Of a stretch of 44,868 nt of DNA, positions 37,121-44,132 are shown one piece after another (the stretch's first letter is position 1; every line of letters starts with the position of its first letter). Source of the DNA: an uncultured Mycoplasmatota bacterium (lineage in GTDB: Bacteria > Bacillota_I > Bacilli_A > RF39 > UBA660); the NCBI GenBank assembly GCA_946613765.1, contig CAMOFW010000001.1:1-44868 (forward strand), given 5' to 3'. The notes under the pieces were generated by a model, which searched no databases, was not told the DNA's origin, and saw only the letters and a list, made by a program, of their open reading frames with translations. The translations under genes and the position numbers were made by a program.

Positions 37121-38215
37121 TTAGCTTTCAGTTTTAGTTAAAGTTACTTCAACTGTTTTTTCTTTACCATCTCTTAGTAAAGTTATTTTTATTTTATCAC
37201 CAATGTTATGTTGATATAGTTGATATTTTAGTTGTGCCATAGTTGTTACTTTTTCTTCTTCTACTTTAGTGATAATATCACCAGATTCAATTCCAGCTTT
37301 TTCAGCATCTGATTTTTCAACAACTTTTACAACAACTACTCCTTCTTCAACATCTTCTGGAATTGTAATGTTATATTTGTAGTATAAAGCACTTGCTGCA
37401 CTTAAATCTGCCATTTGAACTCCAAGTGTTGGTCTTGTTGTATCTTCACCCTTCATTAATTTCTTAGCATAAGTTAATGCTTGTTCAATAGGTATAGCAA
37501 ATGACATACCTTCGATTGATGAAGAAACTAATTTCATGTTTGTAATTCCAACAATTTGACCATTAGCATTACATAGTGGTCCACCTGAGTTACCTGAATT
37601 AATAGTAGCATCAGTTTGTAGAGATTTCATTATGTAATCTGCAACAATAGAATTAGAAGTTGAAACACTTACCATTCTATCTTTTCCTGATAATATACCT
37701 CTTGTTACAGTCCATGAATATGTATTAGCATCAACAGGAGCACCTACAGTAAATACTGTGTCTCCTACTCTCATTGATTCAGATGAACCAATTTCAGCAA
37801 CTTTAATATCTTTATCTGATTTAAATGATAGAACTGCTACATCTAAATATTGATCTGAACCAATTTTAGTTGTTTCATATGATGAACCATCTGTTAAAAT
37901 AATCTTTACTGAAGTAGCATCGGCTACAACATGGTTATTAGTCATTACATAATATACATCATTATCTTTTTCATAAATGAATCCTGAACCAGAACCATAT
38001 AATTTTTTATTTTTATATACTTCAACAATAACAGTTGAATCATATACTTTTTCTACAGCATCTGCAATACCAGAATCAGTTACTGTTACTTCTTTTTCAC
38101 TCTTGTTGATAATTGTAGTTGCCCCAAAAGTTACTGTAAAATAATACATTCCTGCAGCACCAATTGCTAAACTAATAATAATTGCTATAAATAATTTTAT
38201 ATTACTCTTTTTCAT
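37121..38215 (-). CDS. htrA: HtrA/DegP-family serine protease with PDZ domain
   Basis: An N-terminal TM anchor is followed by the catalytic triad contexts TNNHVV, D(V)AVL and GNSGGPL. The C-terminal PDZ region contains AEKAGIESGDIITKV. Confidence 0.93.
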   Translation of the reverse strand: MKKSNIKLFIAIIISLAIGAAGMYYFTVTFGATTIINKSEKEVTVTDSGIADAVEKVYDSTVIVEVYKNKKLYGSGSGFIYEKDNDVYYVMTNNHVVADATSVKIILTDGSSYETTKIGSDQYLDVAVLSFKSDKDIKVAEIGSSESMRVGDTVFTVGAPVDANTYSWTVTRGILSGKDRMVSVSTSNSIVADYIMKSLQTDATINSGNSGGPLCNANGQIVGITNMKLVSSSIEGMSFAIPIEQALTYAKKLMKGEDTTRPTLGVQMADLSAASALYYKYNITIPEDVEEGVVVVKVVEKSDAEKAGIESGDIITKVEEEKVTTMAQLKYQLYQHNIGDKIKITLLRDGKEKTVEVTLTKTES

Positions 38216-38216
38216 A

Positions 38217-39158
38217 TTATAAATCCGTCCTTAGTATATTTTTATAATTTGATGGGAATCCCATCATATCCATAACTTTATCTATAGTTATAGTTTTAAG
38301 TTTACCACTTAATATATCCATTTCATATGATATTTCTTGAATTAGTTGATGGAAGTTTTCATCTCTTAGAATTCTCTTTAATATTATTATTAAAGCAAAT
38401 AAATCATCTTTACCATAAATATATTCTCCATCCATTTTAGGAATGTTTAAATAATTATGATATTTAGTATCTTGAATTATTCTTTGAGATTTATGATCAA
38501 ATAAAATATCTTCATGAGCACATAGATTACGATAATTTGCTAATATTGGAAAATATTGCATTAAATCATCAATAGGTATTCCATATATTTGTGCTATAGA
38601 TTGTTGATCTTCTTGTTTTAGTATTGTATATAATTCTGATACAATACCAAAAGATAATACTTTAACAGCTATCCATAGTGGTAAGTAACCGTAATTACTT
38701 AGGTAGTGCATTGTTGCACTATGTTGTCCACCATTGATTCTTATTTGTCTTTGCATTTTCTTTAAAAGATCGTTTACTTGCCTTCTTTTACTAGCTTCTT
38801 TAGTAAAGTTTCTAGGATTAATATAATCTTTTTCTCTATATCCATAGTTTTTAGATAATTGATAAGAAAATATACTCTTAGCATTGTTTTCTACTATTAA
38901 GATGTTTTTAAATATGATATTTCTTATTTGTCTATCAAAATTAAATACTGAATATAGTTCATCAAAAGTAGTACCAGGAATAAATTCTCTATCCTTTTCA
39001 CTTTTGAAAAATAAGTGTCTGTAACCCATAAGAAAGAAGTAGTTCTCTCTTAAAAGAACATCTTTAGTATAGTTGATATCACTTATTATTAATCCTTTTT
39101 TTACTAATATGGATACTTGCTCATCGAGTGTTTTAAATGTCTTTTCCACATGCATCAC
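38217..39158 (-). CDS. Abi_2 family (AbiD/AbiF-like) abortive-infection protein, HEPN-type Rx4H motif
   Basis: The product contains FKTLDEQVSILVKKGLII, ENYFFLMGY, YSVFNFDRQIRN, LPLWIAVKVLSFG and ANYRNLCAHED (R210-x4-H215, nt 38514..38531). Length is 313 aa. Confidence 0.8.
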   Translation of the reverse strand: MMHVEKTFKTLDEQVSILVKKGLIISDINYTKDVLLRENYFFLMGYRHLFFKSEKDREFIPGTTFDELYSVFNFDRQIRNIIFKNILIVENNAKSIFSYQLSKNYGYREKDYINPRNFTKEASKRRQVNDLLKKMQRQIRINGGQHSATMHYLSNYGYLPLWIAVKVLSFGIVSELYTILKQEDQQSIAQIYGIPIDDLMQYFPILANYRNLCAHEDILFDHKSQRIIQDTKYHNYLNIPKMDGEYIYGKDDLFALIIILKRILRDENFHQLIQEISYEMDILSGKLKTITIDKVMDMMGFPSNYKNILRTDL

Positions 39159-39238
39159 CTATTCTGTTAGATTATACCACATGTGATAATTAAATGATAT
39201 ACCTTAATGGTGTTTTTTTTATATAAATAATGTGAAGA

Positions 39239-39871
39239 TTATGTGAAATAATCTATTAAAGCATCCGTTATAGTCTTGGCTAAAAGTTGTTGATAATCGT
39301 TTTTTATTAAGTTATTTCTATCTTTATTATTTGATATAAAACCACACTCTATTAAGACACCTTTTATATTTAATTTATTATACATATATACCCTTGGCAT
39401 AACTTTAATACTTCTAGGGGTATTAATTTTATTTAAATACATTTGAATAGTATTAGCTAATTCTTTATTATTATCACCATAGTAAAATACCTGTGAACCA
39501 CTATATTTATTGTTATCTAAGTAATTAATATGTATAGATAAATATATATCAGCATTAGACTTGTTAATAAAATCTATTCGATTATTAAAATCACTTCTTT
39601 TTCTTCGTTTGGAGTTAGGTGAAGATAAGTCATAATCATCTTCTCTTAATAATGATACACTAGCTCCTTTTTTTATTAATTCTTGTTCTAGTATTTTAGA
39701 TATTGATAAATTTAAATCTTTTTCTAAAATATCATTATAAGATGTACCATTATCTTTTGAACCATGTCCTGGATCTATAATTATGTATTTACCAGATAAG
39801 TAAAGAGAACTTTTAACATTAATATTTAATAAAAGTAAGCATAATAAAAAAACAAATATAATTCTTTTCAT
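39239..39871 (-). CDS. cwlD: N-acetylmuramoyl-L-alanine amidase, CwlD-like (Amidase_3)
   Basis: After a signal peptide come IIIDPGHGSKDNGT, LSIHIN, and VLIECGFISNNKDRN. The size (210 aa) and the LLREDD...S motif are typical of germination-specific CwlD. Confidence 0.8.
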   Translation of the reverse strand: MKRIIFVFLLCLLLLNINVKSSLYLSGKYIIIDPGHGSKDNGTSYNDILEKDLNLSISKILEQELIKKGASVSLLREDDYDLSSPNSKRRKRSDFNNRIDFINKSNADIYLSIHINYLDNNKYSGSQVFYYGDNNKELANTIQMYLNKINTPRSIKVMPRVYMYNKLNIKGVLIECGFISNNKDRNNLIKNDYQQLLAKTITDALIDYFT

Positions 39872-39888
39872 ATTAAATTATATTTGTT

Positions 39889-40602
39889 TTATTCATTTTT
39901 ATCTTTAAATTTAGCATTAACAAATGCTTTAGCAATTCTTTCGTTTGGATAGTATTTATCTAACGTTCTACCAACTGGTGTGTATGGTGGATAGCCAGCA
40001 TTTCTAAGTGTTTGTCTTGCTACTGCTGCATAAGTTATTACTAAATCCAAGCTTACTATAATTACTAGTACATGATATAATAATTGACCAAAATTATATG
40101 GTATTTTTTCTATAAAGTGTGAGACGAGTGGATAAAATACATAGACAAATATTACTGATAGTAACCCCCAGAATGCCATGAAAGGAATTGTTGTTCTACC
40201 ATTAATATTTAGCATTAGTGTTGAATAATCCCATGATACTGCACCTGTTAATTTTTCTTGTAAGAATGACATAAAGTATTCATATACTCCACCTATTAAT
40301 GCACCTATAGCAAAGTATTCAAAGAAGTTTCTTTTTTTATGCATTAGTATTACTAATAATAGCACACATCCAAATCCATATATTGGAGATAGTTCTCCAT
40401 ATAAAACTCCTCTTCTTGTTTCCCACATTGGGACTCCAAATCTTTTGAATGTATCTATAAGAGTTAGCAATTCTTCCCATACACAACCAAAGATACAACC
40501 AAATAGGAACATAAAGAAAAGTTTTTCTTTACAAATACCTTTTGCAAAGACTTTACCCTTAGCAAATAAATAATCATTTATTTTCTTTACATAAACTCTC
40601 AT
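39889..40602 (-). CDS. Polytopic membrane protein, putative ABC-transporter type IV (CmpB/DUF1113-like)
   Basis: The product contains FGCIFGCVWEEL and GELSPIYGFGCVLL, which resemble the family motif (W.E......GP.CPIYGFGA). It has about 6 TM segments. Confidence 0.55.
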   Translation of the reverse strand: MRVYVKKINDYLFAKGKVFAKGICKEKLFFMFLFGCIFGCVWEELLTLIDTFKRFGVPMWETRRGVLYGELSPIYGFGCVLLLVILMHKKRNFFEYFAIGALIGGVYEYFMSFLQEKLTGAVSWDYSTLMLNINGRTTIPFMAFWGLLSVIFVYVFYPLVSHFIEKIPYNFGQLLYHVLVIIVSLDLVITYAAVARQTLRNAGYPPYTPVGRTLDKYYPNERIAKAFVNAKFKDKNE

Positions 40603-40650
40603 AGCGCACCCCTTAAGTAATTAAATTATATCACTTATAATTAAATTAAT

Positions 40651-40678
40651 CAAAAAAGATATTCTATCTAGAATATCC
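40651..40678 (-). terminator. Rho-independent terminator after the 40664..40948 gene
   Basis: The minus strand reads GATATTC-TAGATA-GAATATC followed by TTTTTT. Confidence 0.7.
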
Positions 40679-40948
40679 TTGAAATTGTTGAGTTTCTTTT
40701 GCACTATCTAAATCTATACCATTTTTAGCATATTCTTGACGTGCTTCTTCTTCAGAATCAAACTTTTGTAAATCATAAACTAATGTAACTGAACCGTCAG
40801 ATCTTGTTATTCTTTCTGGTTCACTAACAAACCATCCTTTTTCAACTGAATGAACAGATCTAATTTGCTCTGTATGATACTTTTCATTTTCTTCAGTATA
40901 GTTTTCTAGTGTAATAGCATAGTCTGGTTCTCTATAAGTTAATGCCAT
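40664..40948 (-). CDS. Hypothetical small acidic protein (94 aa)
   Basis: I trimmed the start to the ATG at 40948, which follows a strong GGGAGG RBS. The track's 29-aa extension lacks an RBS. No domain was recognised. Confidence 0.6.
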   Translation of the reverse strand: MALTYREPDYAITLENYTEENEKYHTEQIRSVHSVEKGWFVSEPERITRSDGSVTLVYDLQKFDSEEEARQEYAKNGIDLDSAKETQQFQGYSR

Positions 40949-40974
40949 ATTTAATACCTCCCTATCTATTATTA

Positions 40975-41003
40975 AGTATAATTGTTTATATTTATAATGT
41001 AAA
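40975..41003 (-). promoter_or_regulatory. Sigma-A type promoter for the 40664..40948 gene
   Basis: The minus strand reads TTTACA, a 17-nt spacer, then TATACT. Confidence 0.55.
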
Positions 41004-41073
41004 GTGATTATACACTTATAGTGTAAAATAGACAATTATACTGTATAATGTATTTAGAATAGGAAGTGTATAT

Positions 41074-41277
41074 ATGAATCCTTTTGAAATAAAAATTAAT
41101 GGTAAGACCTATGAATATATAGATTCAAAAAAGATTGATGGTAAGTTTTATGTGTTATATGCTGATGAAAATAATATGTTTATTAGTGAATATGAAATAA
41201 TCGATAATAATATTATCTTAAAAGAAATTGATAATAGTTTATTAGATAAATTAAAGGAGGCGTTTAACATTGCATAA
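41074..41277 (+). CDS. Small DUF1292-like protein
   Basis: The 67-aa product contains KINGKTYEYIDSKKIDGKFYVLYADENN...EYEII and ends LKEAF. This pattern resembles DUF1292. An AGGAAGTG RBS is present. Confidence 0.45.
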   Translation: MNPFEIKINGKTYEYIDSKKIDGKFYVLYADENNMFISEYEIIDNNIILKEIDNSLLDKLKEAFNIA

Positions 41278-42517
41278 TATATATTATTCAATACTTGATG
41301 ATTCCTTATTGTGTATAGATGGAAATAATAATAAACGAATTAAACAAGATCTTGCTATTGAATTTTTAAAAGAAGTTGATAAAACTAAAAATAATAAGAT
41401 ATATAATAAGGGAAATAATCTTATTATTAGGAATAGTAAACATGGATATAATGTAGTAATTCAAGGTTGTACTCAATTCTTTTTATCTAAATATAGAGAT
41501 CTTTTAGATAATACCGTTAAAACTGCAAAAGAAAATGAGAGAAAAATACAAGAAAAGAAACATAAAGGTAAAAAAGTTAGTAATAACTTAGTTGGTAAAG
41601 TTGGTGTTGTTGTTGCACCTATTGTTATGGCTAGTATGTTAGCTACTACTTATTTAAAAGAAGAGGATTTAAGTAATAAATATAGTGAAGGTATCGAATT
41701 TGAACAAATAGATAATCAAATAGCTATTAAAGAAGAAAATAATGTTGGTGAAGAAACTATTCAAGAAGAACCTAAGATTGAAGAAGAAGTAGCTGAAGAA
41801 GTTGTTGAAGAAGTAATACCTACAATATCATTAGATGTAGAGGATCATTCTATGGATGAAGAAGTTATTCAAATTCAAAGTGAATATAAAGATGCCTTTA
41901 TTAAATATGGTAATAAATATGGTATATCACCATCCGTTTTAAGTGGATTATATACTCAAGAATCTCATGGTAAAGGTGATAATAAAACTCAAATTGATTT
42001 TTCTTCTTGGAAAGGTCAAATAGTAAAAGTTTATGATTTTGAAAATAATAAACGTATTAGTGTGGTTTTAAGTAATGATACTAATGCTTATAGTAACGTA
42101 GATAGAGTTATTACTGAAAATGATTTAAAAGATCCTAATAAGAATATAGAAGTTGCAGCTATATTATTAAGTTTTGCTGCTGATGTATTAGATACAGAGA
42201 ATGTACCGGCAATTTTAGAATACTATAATAAAGGTCATGGTAATTTCTATAAAGTAATGGCTGCTATGGAAGCAGGTACAGGTAAAACTACTAGAGAAGT
42301 GTTAGATAATCCTACTGATACAAGTTTCTTACCTTATTCATCTGCATGTAAAAGAGGAGATTCTAATTACGTATGCAATGTAATGCGATATGTACCAAAT
42401 AAAGATGATGGTGGTGTATATATTTATAGGGTTATTGATGATGAAGTGAAATTAATTAGTGTAAATGTTGAAACTAATAAATTATTAGATGATAGTTATG
42501 TAAAAAACACTCGTTAG
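41270..42517 (+). CDS. Membrane-anchored protein with C-terminal lytic transglycosylase (SLT)-like domain
   Basis: The TTG start lies 9 nt after AAAGGAGG. A single TM segment (VGVVVAPIVMASMLATTYL) and an acidic linker follow. The SLT-like motifs are YTQESHG (candidate catalytic Glu), NIEVAAILLS and YYNKGHGN. Confidence 0.6.
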   Translation: MHNIYYSILDDSLLCIDGNNNKRIKQDLAIEFLKEVDKTKNNKIYNKGNNLIIRNSKHGYNVVIQGCTQFFLSKYRDLLDNTVKTAKENERKIQEKKHKGKKVSNNLVGKVGVVVAPIVMASMLATTYLKEEDLSNKYSEGIEFEQIDNQIAIKEENNVGEETIQEEPKIEEEVAEEVVEEVIPTISLDVEDHSMDEEVIQIQSEYKDAFIKYGNKYGISPSVLSGLYTQESHGKGDNKTQIDFSSWKGQIVKVYDFENNKRISVVLSNDTNAYSNVDRVITENDLKDPNKNIEVAAILLSFAADVLDTENVPAILEYYNKGHGNFYKVMAAMEAGTGKTTREVLDNPTDTSFLPYSSACKRGDSNYVCNVMRYVPNKDDGGVYIYRVIDDEVKLISVNVETNKLLDDSYVKNTR

Positions 42518-42527
42518 AGTGTTTTTA
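42502..42527. terminator. Bidirectional terminator between convergent genes
   Basis: AAAAACACTC-GTTA-GAGTGTTTTT is a 10-bp perfect hairpin with A and T runs on both sides. Both stop codons lie within it. Confidence 0.75.
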
Positions 42528-43040
42528 TCTTGGTCTGTTATTTGATTCTTGAAACAAGTCACCAAATACACTAAAGAATGTATGTAATTGATTATCACTT
42601 ATTTGTGAATCTTCTTCTTCTTCAAATTTCTTTTCATTTTGTACTATGCGATCATGTTCTTTTCGTAATAATTCATCCACTTCATTTCTAGATAGACCAC
42701 ATTCGATAATTTTTTTTGTTTGTTCCGCTACATTTATTCCTTCTTTTAAATAACCATCAATTGCTATTCTTAATTGTAATAATGTTAGTTCTGTAATTTT
42801 TTTATTTACAGTAACTAAATCTCCATCTATTTCTTGTAAATCACCAAATCTAACATACTTTTTACCATTATCAAACATTAGATAATTAAAGTATTCTTCA
42901 CATGGCATTTGAGTAAATATTTCAACCATTTTTTTAGGAAATTCTATGCCATTAACTACTTCAAATTCTCTTCTTGTAAATATTGGTCCTTTATCTGTTA
43001 TTATAATATAGTTTCTAAATTTTGGTTCACTTGTAATCAT
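42525..43040 (-). CDS. Hypothetical protein (171 aa)
   Basis: A GAAGGGGA RBS and a TTGATT-16-TATAAT promoter-like sequence lie upstream. No domain was recognised. The C-terminal region is acidic. Confidence 0.55.
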   Translation of the reverse strand: MITSEPKFRNYIIITDKGPIFTRREFEVVNGIEFPKKMVEIFTQMPCEEYFNYLMFDNGKKYVRFGDLQEIDGDLVTVNKKITELTLLQLRIAIDGYLKEGINVAEQTKKIIECGLSRNEVDELLRKEHDRIVQNEKKFEEEEDSQISDNQLHTFFSVFGDLFQESNNRPR

Positions 43041-43097
43041 AATATCCCCTTCTTTATTGAATAGATATTATACTCCAATTTTAAAAAAAATCAAATC

Positions 43098-43121
43098 AAA
43101 AACAAGGATTAGTCCTTGTTT
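43098..43121 (-). terminator. Rho-independent terminator after the CotF-like gene
   Basis: The minus strand reads AAACAAGGA-CTAA-TCCTTGTTT followed by a T-rich tract. Confidence 0.7.
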
Positions 43122-43354
43122 AATTTATTTATTACTTTATTTATAGCACTAGAATTAATGTTATCAACTATATAATAGTTGTTATTAACTAATTCGTTAT
43201 ACGCATTTTCTTGATGTTTTAACATTTCATTTAATCCTTCATGTAACAACTCTTTTACATCTTTATTTGATGATTCTATTGTTCCATGCACGTATACTTC
43301 TATTGTGCTTTTGATTAAAAGAAGATAGTTTTCTAATAGTAATTCTTTAGTCAT
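43109..43354 (-). CDS. Spore coat protein F-like (Coat_F domain) protein
   Basis: The 81-aa product contains LLENYLLLIKSTIEVYVHGTIESSNKDVKELLHEGLNEMLKHQENAYNELVNNNYY. This follows the CotF helical pattern, with NYY in place of GWY. Confidence 0.6.
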   Translation of the reverse strand: MTKELLLENYLLLIKSTIEVYVHGTIESSNKDVKELLHEGLNEMLKHQENAYNELVNNNYYIVDNINSSAINKVINKLNKD

Positions 43355-43526
43355 TAGCTTTCATCTCCAATAGTTTTTTGATTTTATTTTTCATTGATTC
43401 GTGATGTTTTAATTCTTTTGTCATAAAATCTTCTACAACTTCCATTTCTATATTATTATAAATGTCAATTATATTTTTTTCATGTTTATATGCATCCTCT
43501 AAATAAAGTAATTCCTTTTGTGTCAT
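43347..43526 (-). CDS. Small helical protein (59 aa), partner of the CotF-like gene; not in ORF track
   Basis: Manual translation gives MTQKELLYLEDAYKHEKNIIDIYNNIEMEVVEDFMTKELKHHESMKNKIKKLLEMKAND. A strong AGGAGG RBS precedes it. Its 3' end overlaps the next start by 8 nt (ATGACTAA). Confidence 0.6.
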   Translation of the reverse strand: MTQKELLYLEDAYKHEKNIIDIYNNIEMEVVEDFMTKELKHHESMKNKIKKLLEMKAND

Positions 43527-43588
43527 AATATACCTCCTAATTATATTATGAACTGATTAATATTAATAATAATGGTATTTATAGGAAA

Positions 43589-43613
43589 TAAAAAAAGACA
43601 ATTTCTTGTCCTT
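43589..43613 (-). terminator. Rho-independent terminator after ssrA
   Basis: The minus-strand RNA reads AGGACAA-GAAA-UUGUCUU (GNRA tetraloop) followed by UUUUU. Confidence 0.7.
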
Positions 43614-43623
43614 ATTTTTAATT

Positions 43624-43995
43624 TGGTGGAGTAGAGGAGAATCGAACTCCTGTCCAAACTATATGATTAGACATCATCTACAAGTTTAGTGATAATTGTT
43701 ATTTCATTAAAGCGCCGGCTATCACGCACCTACTCTTTAACTAAGATTAGTAAGATTCGTATTATAACCTAATCAATTATAATATATAACCTATAAATAT
43801 GATCCCTATTCTTAAGCTATAGGTGAACCTAAGATAGAGAACTCCCAACCTTTAATTAGGCAAATACAGGAGTGAATGCTCCAAATGAGCTTTCATTTTT
43901 GTCATTTAATTTTAATTTGATAGTTTTAAGTCATATCGGACTACTTGCAAACATCTATCATAAGACTAGCTTGTCGAAACCAATAAGCTACCCCA
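43624..43995 (-). ncRNA. ssrA: Transfer-messenger RNA (tmRNA)
   Basis: The 5' end reads GGGGTAGCTTATTGGTTTCGACAAGC. The 3' end reads GGACAGGAGTTCGATTCTCCTCTACTCCACCA. The acceptor stem has a G3-U pair, the T-arm is AGGAG-TTCGATT-CTCCT, and CCA is encoded. The internal tag ORF spans 43903..43856. Confidence 0.95.
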
Positions 43996-44007
43996 TTTAT
44001 GCCCTAA

Positions 44008-44037
44008 TTTTAGCATAAAATTGGCAGAAATGTCAAT
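44008..44037 (-). promoter_or_regulatory. Strong sigma-A promoter of ssrA
   Basis: The minus strand reads TTGACA, an 18-nt spacer, then TGcTAAAAT. The -10 box ends 12 nt before mature G1. Confidence 0.7.
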
Positions 44038-44049
44038 CCAAGTTATACT

Positions 44050-44078
44050 TGACATTTTTATAGACAAGTGATAGTATA
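44050..44078 (+). promoter_or_regulatory. Sigma-A type promoter for the J-like gene, divergent from ssrA
   Basis: The plus strand reads TTGACA, a 17-nt spacer, then TGaTAGTAT. Confidence 0.55.
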
Positions 44079-44132
44079 TAGAACCAATAAAAACGGATGA
44101 AAACATTCATTCGGTATAGGGGGTAAAGGAAT

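Noticed and set aside
43542-43550. CATAATATA upstream of the CotF-like pair as a sigma-K type -10 element (CATA-N3-TA)
   Set aside because: No AC-type -35 element lies at the required 16-17 nt spacing. The same bases contain a plain TATAAT. The motif is too degenerate in AT-rich DNA to support a sporulation-sigma call from sequence alone.
38217-43623. Possibility that the region 3' of ssrA (CotF-like genes, SLT-like gene, hypotheticals, Abi) is a tmRNA-integrated genomic island or prophage remnant
   Set aside because: I could find no integrase, recombinase or phage structural gene. I also found no direct repeat of the ssrA 3' end (GGAGTTCGATTCTCC...) by eye. The genes are interleaved with housekeeping genes (htrA, cwlD). 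A computational repeat search is still needed to exclude it fully.
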